Shown one piece after another: positions 26,520 through 41,596 of a stretch of DNA of 64,000 nucleotides (positions within the stretch are counted from its first letter, which is position 1; every line of letters starts with the position of its first letter). The position numbers and the translations under genes were made by a program. The notes beneath the pieces were generated by a model. It worked only from the letters and a program-made list of their open reading frames with translations. It made no database searches and was not told the origin of the DNA. The DNA is from Octopus sinensis (Eukaryota), in assembly GCF_006345805.1 (NCBI RefSeq), contig NC_042997.1:118544001-118608000 (forward strand). Reading direction: 5' to 3'.

Positions 26520-26962
26520 GATCTTTTCGGTTTGAAAGGCAGTTTTTTTCTAGCGGTGTCATATGAAATTGTCACCCATAACTATGACTCTAGTATCGAT
26601 CTATTACATTTCAATCTATTTTAGGGTAGGGTTAGTAAGGGTTAGTTAGGGTTAAGGTTAGGGTTAGAGGTGGGGGGAAGGGTATCTTTCTTTTCTTCAC
26701 AAATGTAAATAAACCCAATCTGTTTCTTAAACGAGGGACATATTCATACGGCACAGAATATTTTTTTACCTCAATAGACATCAGTGATTGGTTGAAATTG
26801 CAGAAATTAAAGAAAAAAAATCAACAAATATGTTACAAACTATAGAATTTTCTCAATAAAGCCAAGAGAAAAAGATGTTTTATAAACACATTCTACCAGT
26901 ATACGAAGTTAAAAATTTTTTAGTTACCTAGAAAAAAACTGTCGTTCAAACCGAAAGGATCC
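26520..26962. mobile_element. MITE with ~34-bp TIRs, 8-9-bp TSD and internal TTAGGG-like tract
   Basis: GATCTTTTCGGTTTGAAAGGCAGTTTTTTTCTAG vs CTAGAAAAAAACTGTCGTTCAAACCGAAAGGATC; AATAATTGA at 26511-26519 and 26963-26971; TTAGGG-like units at ~26620-26667. Confidence 0.85.
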
Positions 26963-27677
26963 AATAATTGATATAATACATGCCGCTCAGTGCTACGCAG
27001 TTTTAAGACGCACATTTAAATTGGAAATTAAGAAAAAATACCTTTCATACGATTAAACTAATGTAGAATTGAAGGGCTTCTCGTGTAACATCTTGCATGG
27101 CTTTAACATTTAGACAAGTACAGTTGTACTAAGAATCGATGGAGCCTCGATAATGGGATCGTTTATGAGTGACGTTCAAGTAAAGGAAAGCGTATCTTCA
27201 ATATTAAGTACCTATCATTATTTTGGCAAGCTGAGTCTTTTCTATTTTAGTTAGTAAAGTACATGCTTGTCTGTTTATACGATCCTTTTCAAGATACTTA
27301 AGGTTTCGCTTAATTTTCGCGTAAAATGAAGGCAGCAGCTTCATGTAATAAATAGAATTTATTATGTTTGTACGGACATAAAATCCCAATTCAAAGCTTG
27401 TTCATGTGATTTTATGTTATATTGCTCAACGTAGGTTTTCCAACAAGATTAATTGCAGTCTGTTACTGTGGGACTGAGATAAATTAGTGAAGGAGATGCA
27501 TGTTATAACTAGTGGATGAAAGAGTGAAACTACTTTCGTATAGTATATGATAAAATTTTCATTGAAACTGGTATATTCTCCAACATCTTGCATATTACAG
27601 TTCTATATTTAAGAGATGAGAAATTATGTACATTATTTACACTTGGCGGATATTTGTCCTCATATTGTTTGTTGTTA

Positions 27678-27721
27678 ACACAACGTTTCGGCTGATATAC
27701 CCTCCAGCCTTCATCAGGTGT
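27678..27721 (-). ncRNA. Minimal type-I hammerhead ribozyme (intact arm)
   Basis: ACAC-CTGATGA-A-GGCTG/GAGGGTATAT/CAGCC-GAAA-CG-TT^GTGT; 4-bp stem I, 5-bp stem II, palindromic ACGT helix III. Confidence 0.7.
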
Positions 27722-27769
27722 CTTGGGGAAATTTCGAACCTGGGTTCTCATTCCTAAGGTATTTTTCAA

Positions 27770-27832
<63 letters not shown>

Positions 27833-27846
27833 CATCATCATCATCA

Positions 27847-27917
<71 letters not shown>

Positions 27918-28030
27918 GTTATTATTATTATTATCATTATTCAGGTCACTGCCTGAAATCTAACTCAGAATCTTGGGGTTAGTTGCCCACGGGTATATGG
28001 CGTAGTGGTTAAGAGTTCCAGGCAGTGACA

Positions 28031-28095
<65 letters not shown>

Positions 28096-29260
28096 TGGAC
28101 TGGCCAAATATCTCGAAATATCGAATGACTGGATGCTAAAGCTCGTGGAAAATCACAAGAGACGAAAGAAGCTTCATTCTATCACAAAGGAAAGCAAAAA
28201 ATTTGCTATTGATCTCGTGCAGGATACCCAAACTGAACAACCCGAGGGAAGTACGGCAACTATTGTTGCAAAGAAGGTGAAAATGATGGCAATGAAAAAA
28301 GCGCACGAGCAATTGGCTGATAGGTGGGAGGAGAAACCTCTGCACGGCAAATATGTGACCCGCAGCAAACAAGCTGATGTTGACCAGAAGCAAACCCATC
28401 AGTGGCTACGGAGCTCAGGGCTAAAAGCAGAGAGCGAAGGTTTCATCCTGGCTGCTCAAGATCAAAGCCTATTAACCCGGAACTACCAGGCCAATGTGAT
28501 GAAAAATGGAGCAGACCCAAAATGCCGATTCTGCAACGACATGATTGAAACAGTGGACCACCTAATCTCTGGATGTAAAGTCTTAGCACCAGTGGAGTAT
28601 AAATTAAGACATGACAGAGTTGGCCAATATCTCCACTGGCTAATAAGTCGGCATTACAATATCAAAACTGCCGACAAGTGGTATAATCACCACCCTGAGG
28701 CTGTAACTGAAGGAGAAAATGTAACCATTCTGTGGGACTTTCCAGTACATACAGACCGAACCATCAAGGCCAATAAACCAGATATTGTTGTGAAAGACCA
28801 AAACAATAAAATTTGCTTATTGATCGACATGAGAATCCCCTGTGATCATAATATCTCAGCGAAAGAGTTTGACAAGCTCAGAAAATATAAAGACCTACTC
28901 ATTGAAATTGAGAAAATGTGGCATCTCAAGGCGGTTACAATACCAGTGATCGTAGGAGCACTAGGAATGATCAAGAAGGGAACCGAAAATTATATGAGAA
29001 TGATCCCTGGCTTACCATCCCTGCGAGAAGTGCAAAATATTGTCTTAACTGGTACATCTCACGTATTGAGAAGAGCATTGTCGATGTGAGAACTGTTGCT
29101 GCTCATGTATTTTAATTTAACTTAAAAAAAAAAAAAATGAACGAACTACTGAGTTTGGTTTAATGGCCTACCAATGTATACTATGAGTTTCTTTGCCCTA
29201 GGAGTCGGCAAGACACTCGGCAAGAAATGGAAGCAAATTTGAAAGAAGAAAAAAAAATGT
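28096..29260 (+). mobile_element. 5'-truncated R4/Dong-like non-LTR retrotransposon in (TAA)n
   Basis: (TAA)n on both sides; ORF C-terminus plus ~170-bp 3' UTR. Confidence 0.85.
28133..29089 (+). CDS. C-terminal part of R4/Dong-like ORF: CCHC finger and restriction-like endonuclease (RT domain absent)
   Basis: CRFCNDMIETVDHLISGC, RHDRVGQYLHW, ILWDF, KPDIVVKD...LLIDMRIP, KLRKY; 318 aa open. Confidence 0.85.
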   Translation: MLKLVENHKRRKKLHSITKESKKFAIDLVQDTQTEQPEGSTATIVAKKVKMMAMKKAHEQLADRWEEKPLHGKYVTRSKQADVDQKQTHQWLRSSGLKAESEGFILAAQDQSLLTRNYQANVMKNGADPKCRFCNDMIETVDHLISGCKVLAPVEYKLRHDRVGQYLHWLISRHYNIKTADKWYNHHPEAVTEGENVTILWDFPVHTDRTIKANKPDIVVKDQNNKICLLIDMRIPCDHNISAKEFDKLRKYKDLLIEIEKMWHLKAVTIPVIVGALGMIKKGTENYMRMIPGLPSLREVQNIVLTGTSHVLRRALSM

Positions 29261-29339
29261 AATAATAATAATAATAATAATAATATCAACATAGAAAAAT
29301 ACCTTAGGAATGAGTTCTCAGGTTCGAAATTTTCCGAAG

Positions 29340-29383
29340 ACACCTGATGAAGGCAGGAGGGTATATCAGCCGAAACGTTACGT
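29340..29383 (+). ncRNA. Hammerhead motif (mutated arm)
   Basis: Core CTGATGA and GAAA intact; stem I (ACAC/ACGT) and stem II (GGCAG/CAGCC) carry mismatches. Confidence 0.5.
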
Positions 29384-29739
29384 TAACAACAAACAAGATG
29401 AGGACAAATATCCGTCAAATGTAAATAATGTATCTTGCATTTTGCATTGAAAGCATCAACGAAGCAGCGATTTTGTTTAAGGAACTGCGTACATGATTAG
29501 ATGAAATGTTAGTGAGCTTTAAAATATGTTGCATGGAAAATAACTCGACAGAAGCTAAAGGTCGTAGAAAATGTCCAATTAAAATTGAAAGGGAAATATG
29601 CAGCTTCTTCTTCGGTGAGATATAAAAGCATATTGAGGGAACTGTTTTCACAATACATAGGATATAAACTGTCATAGATGTGTTAAAAATCTAATTTTGC
29701 AACCATGTTGTATTAGATTCCGTACCAATAGGCAGCGCC

Positions 29740-30035
29740 ATCGGTAAGTGCATTCTACTACCGCTTCAGGCTGACAAGTGCTTTGTGAGTGAATTTGGTA
29801 GATAGAAATTCTAAGGAAGCCGGTCCAATATGTGTGTTACATGTTTGTATGTGTCTTTATGCCTGTTTCTGTAGCACTTGACAACCGGTGTGTTTATACT
29901 CATGTAATTTAGCGATACGGCAAAACCAACTGATATATTAATTACCAAAAGCCAAAATATGTATTTAAGTCGATTTGTTTCACTAAATCCCTTAACACGG
30001 TTGCCCCAGTATGGCTGGAGTCCAAAGACTTTCAT
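29740..30035 (+). mobile_element. Degenerate SINE family A copy
   Basis: GTGCTTTGTGAGTGAATTTGGTAGA and GCGGTTGCCCCAGTATGGC-like segments. Confidence 0.45.
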
Positions 30036-30331
30036 TAATTGATATGTAGAACATTCTAAAAACTGAACTATGCTGTGTGAGGGGAAGCGTACATAAGAAC
30101 TTTGATCTCATAAAACTAAAAACTAATTTATCTGAAATTTATAACGCCGAAGCATTCCGAGATAAATCAAAATCCCTTAAGTGAATCGCTTGTTTCTTTC
30201 TTATTCCAAAATGAAATTGGAACCGAATCAACGTTCAGAGAATCCTTGATATGCCGGATTTCTTATAATCACCTTTACATACACACTTACATGTAAATAT
30301 CTGTATATGTGTTTATTTATATATACACATG

Positions 30332-30407
<76 letters not shown>

Positions 30408-30501
30408 CGTGTTTATATATTATTATTATGTTATATATATATTATATATATATATATATATAATACATATATATACATATATATATGTGTATATATATGT
30501 A

Positions 30502-35355
<4,854 letters not shown>

Positions 35356-35542
35356 ATATTATATATATACATATGTGTGTGTGTGTGTGTGTGTGTATAC
35401 AACATGATAACGGATAGTGAAATCACCACACTTTCATTTATTGCTGATTGTTTGATATAGTTAATTAAGTTCGTTTAAAACTGTGTGCTTTATTGATTTC
35501 GGCCCGGATTTTTAAATCCCTTGTTTTACTTCTTATCGTATA

Positions 35543-35577
<35 letters not shown>

Positions 35578-35686
35578 ACACACATACACACACACACACA
35601 CACATACATACATACAGACTTATATATATATACACATATATGCATATATATAAATGTATGAATATATCTATATATCTATCTATCTA

Positions 35687-35719
<33 letters not shown>

Positions 35720-35723
<4 letters not shown>

Positions 35724-37690
35724 TCCAAAGGTAGTGGAAGGTCCCGCCTAAAAACAACACTGATGGAGATTGAAAAAAGCCTGCAACAATCCTTCCTTTA
35801 GAGGAGAGCAGACAAAGAAGCCTGGGTTATAAAAACATTATGTCAAACTGAAGGGCCTTCTTTCATTATGTCAAAGAAACAGCCACAGTACCAAAAGAAT
35901 GGCTCCCTCACAGATAGTCCAACCATCATCGGTGAGGTAATGAATGACCAGTTCAAAGTGTCTTTACTACTCCGTTGGATCACAGACGAGTGAACGAACC
36001 AGTGGACTTCTTTGCCGCCTCACCTATAACCAGCGAGGCAGTTATGATGGATTACATCGACATTAGTGTAGAAGATATACTGCTAGCCATAGTTGAGCTG
36101 TCACTGATGGTTTCCCAGCAATCCACCTAAAATCGTGGAAGCGTGCCCTGGCTACACCTCTATCGATTCTTTTCCAGAGGTTTCTTGCAAATGGTAGGCT
36201 GCCAAGCAAACTGAAGCAGGGAATAATATGCCCGATACATAAATAAAGAAGCAGAGCAGATGCCAAAAGCTATAGGCCTATGTCCCTGACTTCACACATC
36301 AGCAAAGTCATGGAACGGATAGTCAAAGGGCAACTAATCTGATTCCTTGAAGAAAAAAAAACCCAATGTGAGTGATATCCAAAATGGCTTTCGACCAGGT
36401 AAGAGCTGCCTAACCTAGCTCTTACAGCACTATATCTGGGTGTTGAGGCAGTTACGCAACAACTCAAATGTGGACACAATATATCTTGACATTGCAAAAG
36501 ATTTTGATGAAGTGGAGTGGATCATGGTATGATATGCTACTAACTGCGGGATCTTAACATAGCTGGAAAACTTGGAGAGTGGTTACGTAAGTTTCTGGGA
36601 GATATAAGTCAGGCAGTAGTGGCCAATAGAGCTACCCCAAAGAAAACAAAAGTAGTGAGCGGTGTTCCACAGGGCACTGTCTTATGACCACTGCTTTTCA
36701 TAGTGTCCCTCTCAGATATGCCCTCAATGGCCCGGATAGCCACCCTTGCTAGCTACTGAGACGATACGAAAATCTCGCAGAAAATACAGAACCACAGCAA
36801 TGTTGCAACCTACAGCAGGAGTTAGACCCAATTTACAGATGGGCTGAGAACAATAATATGAAGTTTAAAGCTACAAAATTCCAAGCCCAGCACTACTAGC
36901 GTCCATAACTGAATATAACACTTACAGGTTACTCTGCCCCACAAGGGTTTACAATCCCAGAGCCTATATCAGTGAGGCAGCTGGGTATTACCATGAGTGA
37001 TGATACCTCTTTCCAAGTGCACATTTCCAGGACGGCCACAAAGTACAGACGACTGGCTGGCTGGATCCTGAGAACGTTCAGGACCAGAGATGAGGAAACC
37101 ATGATGGTCCACTGGAGGACATTCGTCCTCTGCTGTCTGGCCCGCTGCTCCCAGTTATGGTCACCCGACTGTGTAAAATTAACAGCGGACCTTGAAGCAA
37201 TCCAGCGAAGCTTCACAAAGATGATCATCCAGTTGCAACAACTCAGCTACTGAGAAAGACTGAAACAGCTACGACTCTACTCCCTGGAGCGAAGGTATGA
37301 GAGGTATGCAGTAATATACATCTGGAAGGAATTGCGTCCAATTTTGCCATTGAAAGCTACACGAATGCTAGAACGGGTCAACACTGCACTGCGCCACAGA
37401 TCCCAGCACAACCATCGCGCTTCAAGACCAGTTACTGCAACAGCCTGGGTTTCAGGTGCCCAAAGAGCCTGGGGGACATACACAAAGTGGATGTATGTAT
37501 TTTCAAATCAAAACTGGACTTCATCCTGTCGAGAGTCCCAGATGAACCTATCTCGCCGCAGAGATGAAGGCAATGACATCAAACTCCCTTATTCACCTAA
37601 TACCACATATTAGAAGAGGCTCTCAATAATATGAATGTAGCAAAACGGCGGTGCCCCGACACGGCCACAGCTTTGTCTGAAATCACACAC
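35720..37690 (+). mobile_element. Degraded CR1-like LINE
   Basis: Frame relics homologous to 41597-43365 (e.g. TATKYRRLAGWILRTFRTRDEETM); 3' end GGCGGTGCCCCGACACGGCCACAGC. Confidence 0.85.
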
Positions 37691-37717
37691 ACAAAATATA
37701 TATATATATATATATAC

Positions 37718-37996
37718 CAATTAAGGACTGAACACGAAAAGTGGACAGTCAACATGCTAGATATAGACGTCAAATCGCCATTCTCCACAAAAGATTATGT
37801 TATTTGAGAACATAATCTTCTGTGGAGAATGGCGATTTGACGTCTATATCTAGCATGTTGACTGTCCACTTTTCGTGTTCAGTCCTTAATTGTTATATAT
37901 AAATAGTTTAATCTTCGGATTCTTTTTTAATATGCTAGACCACTGGTTTTAATTGATAAATATCAATTTCTACCCTTAATTAATTTTATATATATA
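37718..37996 (+). repeat. Fold-back element: 84-bp arms, 7-nt loop, one mismatch, 3' extension to (TA)n
   Basis: 37718-37801 is the reverse complement of 37809-37892. Confidence 0.9.
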
Positions 37997-38554
37997 TAGA
38001 TTATTTTATCTATTTTATTTTATTTTATTTATTAGGAAATACAGCCGAACTTTATACGTAGTAGGACCATGGTAGTCAACGGTAGTTTATATATATTCTT
38101 TACGATATTTTTTACGTTACTCTTAAGTTATTACGCTCTAATTTTACTTTGTAAATAATTAATTTTTATCATTTGTAAATTTTCGTTTTGCATTTTGTCA
38201 TTCATTCGTACTTGTGTACGTCCACTTTTAACTATAGTTTTCATTCGAATATATTTATTTGTCATTGCTTTCATTATTGTATCATCACAAGCATATATTT
38301 TAATTTTCATACCTACATATTATTAATTTTATATGAATGTTTATAGGCATAAGTCACGTTGGAATTTAGGTTTCGTAATTTTTTTTATTTTTTAATTTAA
38401 AAATTTTTTAATATTTTTATTATTAATTTTTTTTATTTGAATTAAATTATGGCTTGCACAGTAAGGTTCGGCGAATGTATTTGCATATACGCACACTTAT
38501 ATGTTAAAATTAAAATATAGAAGTTAGCATTGAACTATAGTCAAGTTATTTAGA

Positions 38555-38648
38555 GGCCTGGCGATTGGGCTTGCGTTTTAAGAAATGTTCCTGTAAAACA
38601 CTGCGTGCTTAAGAGACCGTAAAAGAATCTCAAGAAACACGTGTAGCA
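38555..38648 (+). ncRNA. Degenerate hammerhead-like motif
   Basis: CTGGCGA-TTGGG..CTCAA-GAAA-CACGTG-TA; core A6 replaced by G, weak stem I. Confidence 0.35.
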
Positions 38649-38729
38649 GAGATTTAGAAATGAGTAGTAAGTATTAAAATAAAATTCTTTTATATGGTGT
38701 GATGATGGGGACTGCTATCTCTAAATAGC

Positions 38730-38781
<52 letters not shown>

Positions 38782-38926
38782 AAAAGCAATTAAGATTCAA
38801 GTCAATTCTAATGAATTTACTTGAATACGGTATTTAACTTAGATGCACCAGAAAACTATATGGTGTTAACCATACAGTAACGTGGGGTGATTATAAACGA
38901 GAAAGAAGCAACAAGAATGGATTAGT

Positions 38927-39017
38927 TTTTAGTACAATTGTTTCATACAAAGACAGGCTTTATTAAAAGTTGCAAATATTGCAGCAGATAAAAGTGTCCC
39001 GTACTCATCAGCTAAAA
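38927..39017 (-). ncRNA. Hammerhead ribozyme motif
   Basis: TTTTAG-CTGATGA-GTAC..GTAT-GAAA-CAATTG-TA^CTAAAA; 6-bp stem I. Confidence 0.7.
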
Positions 39018-40615
39018 CACATATGAGTTCTCCAAACATCTTAGTGGGTGAGGCTACACTCATGAAGTATTGGAGATAATTTCATTAAAAGCAGATTCAG
39101 GTTGTAAACAGACTTCCGAAGTTCTTTAATGATGATGCACAGTCTTATCACAGGTTTTTGAAAAAAGCTTATTAGCTTCACAGAGAAGGTGAATTAATCC
39201 GTAGTGTAGATGTAAAATTCCAGAGATATGAGGAGGGATTTCATACTCACAGACGATGAATTTATCCATGGTTAATCCACAAAGAGGTGGGTATAATTTC
39301 ATGCTATATGATAAGGTATTTGTCACATTACTGTTCTCTTCACAAGACTGCTATGTTATGACTTCTAAAGGCTGAAGGAATTTTTGTGGAGCAAAGAAAA
39401 GAAAGGAAAGAGAAGAAAAGAGACAAGGAAAAGGAAAAAAAGAAAAAGAAAAAAAAGGAAAAGAAAAAAGAAAAAAGGGGAGAAGAAAAGAAAAAAAGAA
39501 AAAAGGGGAGAAGGGAGAAAAGAAAAAACGCCCACATAGAGTATACTGTGACAACTGAGAGGGAAAGGGGTCGCAGGTGACCCACTACACAGAAGAAATT
39601 GTAGACGGCCTGGCTGGCTTCAAATTTGCAGGAATCTAAGAACTATAAGGAGAATATTATTTTTGACCAGTAAACAGCTATTTATTGCCAACCTGACGTA
39701 GCTGAAAGCAGATATGAGAATCTAAAGAGATAACAAGGTCAGGGATAGAGGGGTCAAAGGCTATCATCAAAAGGAAATACATTAAGAGAAAAAAAAATAA
39801 GTGCAATCCTAACAAGAGGTCATTTAAATTTATTTATTTATTTATTTATTACTGTTACTGTCTTAAATTGTTGCCGTTACTATCTATACATTGACAGACT
39901 ACAGGTCAATACTTAGAAGTTAGTTTACAAGGTGTGAGGGAATTGCCTATTGAAATTTCTCATACTACTTTCAAGGGAGTAGCATTATTTATTTAATTTT
40001 GTAATAGAATTATGAAGCCTTAGTAACTTATTTTATTAAAGTTGTGTTACCTAAATTAGATTAAATTAAAAATTACAAATTAAAATTTAATTTAAAATTA
40101 AATAAAACTTCATTTAAGCAACGTACAAGTATTATTTGTTTCCTTGTGCTCAAAATCAGGTGCAGTTATAAAGAAAAAGATAACTGTAGTGTGAGAGCTC
40201 GCAGTTATCTAATTAAAAAATTAAAGTTATGTTATACTAGTAAAAAACAAGTTATATCTATCTATCTATCTTGTTACGATTATTCTATACGGTTATTCAT
40301 TTAAAATATTTTAGAGTTATATCATATAGCATGAAATTATACCCACCTCTTTGTGGATTAACCATGGATAAATTCATCGTCTGTGAGTATGAAATTCCTC
40401 CTCATATCTTTGGAATTTTACATCTACACTACGGATTAATTCATCTTCTCTGTGAAGCTAATAAGCTTTTTTTAAAAACCTGTGATAAGACTGTGCATCA
40501 TCATTAAAGAACTTCGGAAGTCTGTTTACAACCTAAATCTGCTTTTAATGAAATTATCTCCAATACTTCATGAGTGTAGCCTCACCCACTAAGATGTTTG
40601 GAGAACTCATATGTG

Positions 40616-40705
40616 TTTTAGCTGATGAGTACGGGACACTTTTATCTGCTGCAATATTTGCAACTTTTAATAAAGCCTGTCTTGTATGAAACAGTTGTAC
40701 TAAAA
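40616..40705 (+). ncRNA. Hammerhead ribozyme motif
   Basis: TTTTAG-CTGATGA-GTAC..GTAT-GAAA-CAGTTG-TA^CTAAAA. Confidence 0.65.
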
Positions 40706-40764
40706 ACTAATCCATTCTTGTTGCTTCTTTCTCGTATATATATATATATATATATATATATTTT

Positions 40765-40826
<62 letters not shown>

Positions 40827-40957
40827 GTGAAATAGAAAGATGAATAATCTTGTTGCAGATTAATCAAAAGTTTGGCCATGGGCTCTTAGGAGCCTCGTTC
40901 GATTTGTTTTGCTCCGCCTCTGTTCTGTTTTTGTTTTTTCCAACGGATTTCCTATTT

Positions 40958-41039
40958 CTTCCTGAAGAGAAAGACACAATATGGTCTCATTATTCAATCG
41001 GAATTTGGTAAATTGTGCCTTTCGAAACACGTGTAGAAT
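40958..41039 (+). ncRNA. Hammerhead ribozyme motif
   Basis: TTC-CTGAAGA-GAAAG(A)CACAAT..ATTGTG(C)CTTTC-GAAA-CACGTG-TA^GAA; long stem II, palindromic ACACGTGT. Confidence 0.7.
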
Positions 41040-41095
41040 GAAATAAAACGATTTCTGTTCAATCTTCGTTCAACTCCATTTCTTCAATTCACTAA

Positions 41096-41195
<100 letters not shown>

Positions 41196-41199
41196 ATAT

Positions 41200-41381
41200 A
41201 TATACATTGAGCACATAAGTGCAAAAACAGGGTAGAATAAATAGTACTGGAATACTAAACGTAGAGTCATACGCTTTTAAAAAGTTGCAAAGTTATCACA
41301 AAAATTGTTATTCAGAGTTAGAAGTTCCCGCGAAATTCTACGTAAGAGTTCTTGTGATAATTTTGTGATTTTAATAAAAAA

Positions 41382-41382
<1 letters not shown>
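41200..41382 (-). repeat. Short degenerate fold-back repeat between (TA)n tracts
   Basis: TTAAAAAGTTGCAAAGTTATCACAA vs TTGTGATAATTTTGTGATTTTAA. Confidence 0.5.
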
Positions 41383-41420
<38 letters not shown>

Positions 41421-41596
41421 AAAGTTGGTTTGGTCGTAAGAAATTTGAAAAGCTAAACGCGAAACCGGTCTTTCTTCTAAACTATGTCATTGTAAGAAAA
41501 AAAAAAATTTAATATTCTTCAGACATATTGACGCAAATATATATATTTTTTAACCTTTAAGCCTTCTGTAGTTTTTTCACTTTTTACTATTTTACT

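Larger units (their letters stand above)
27594..29431. mobile_element. Head-to-head inverted tRNA-headed, hammerhead-tailed element with 9-bp TSD, interrupted by a Dong-like LINE
   Basis: 27630-27770 is the reverse complement of 29290-29431; ATCTTGCAT at 27585-27593 and 29432-29440; tRNA-like pieces at 27942-27982 (-) and 27985-28032 (+). Confidence 0.8.
38775..40735 (-). mobile_element. Large asymmetric fold-back element (~417-bp arms, ~1-kb spacer) carrying hammerheads
   Basis: 38897-39313 is the reverse complement of 40320-40735; left copy extends to ~38775; (TA)n at both ends; terminal similarity to 6001-6594. Confidence 0.9.

Noticed and set aside
26620-26667. True telomere or chromosome fusion site
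   Set aside because: Short, degenerate, and enclosed by TIRs and a TSD.
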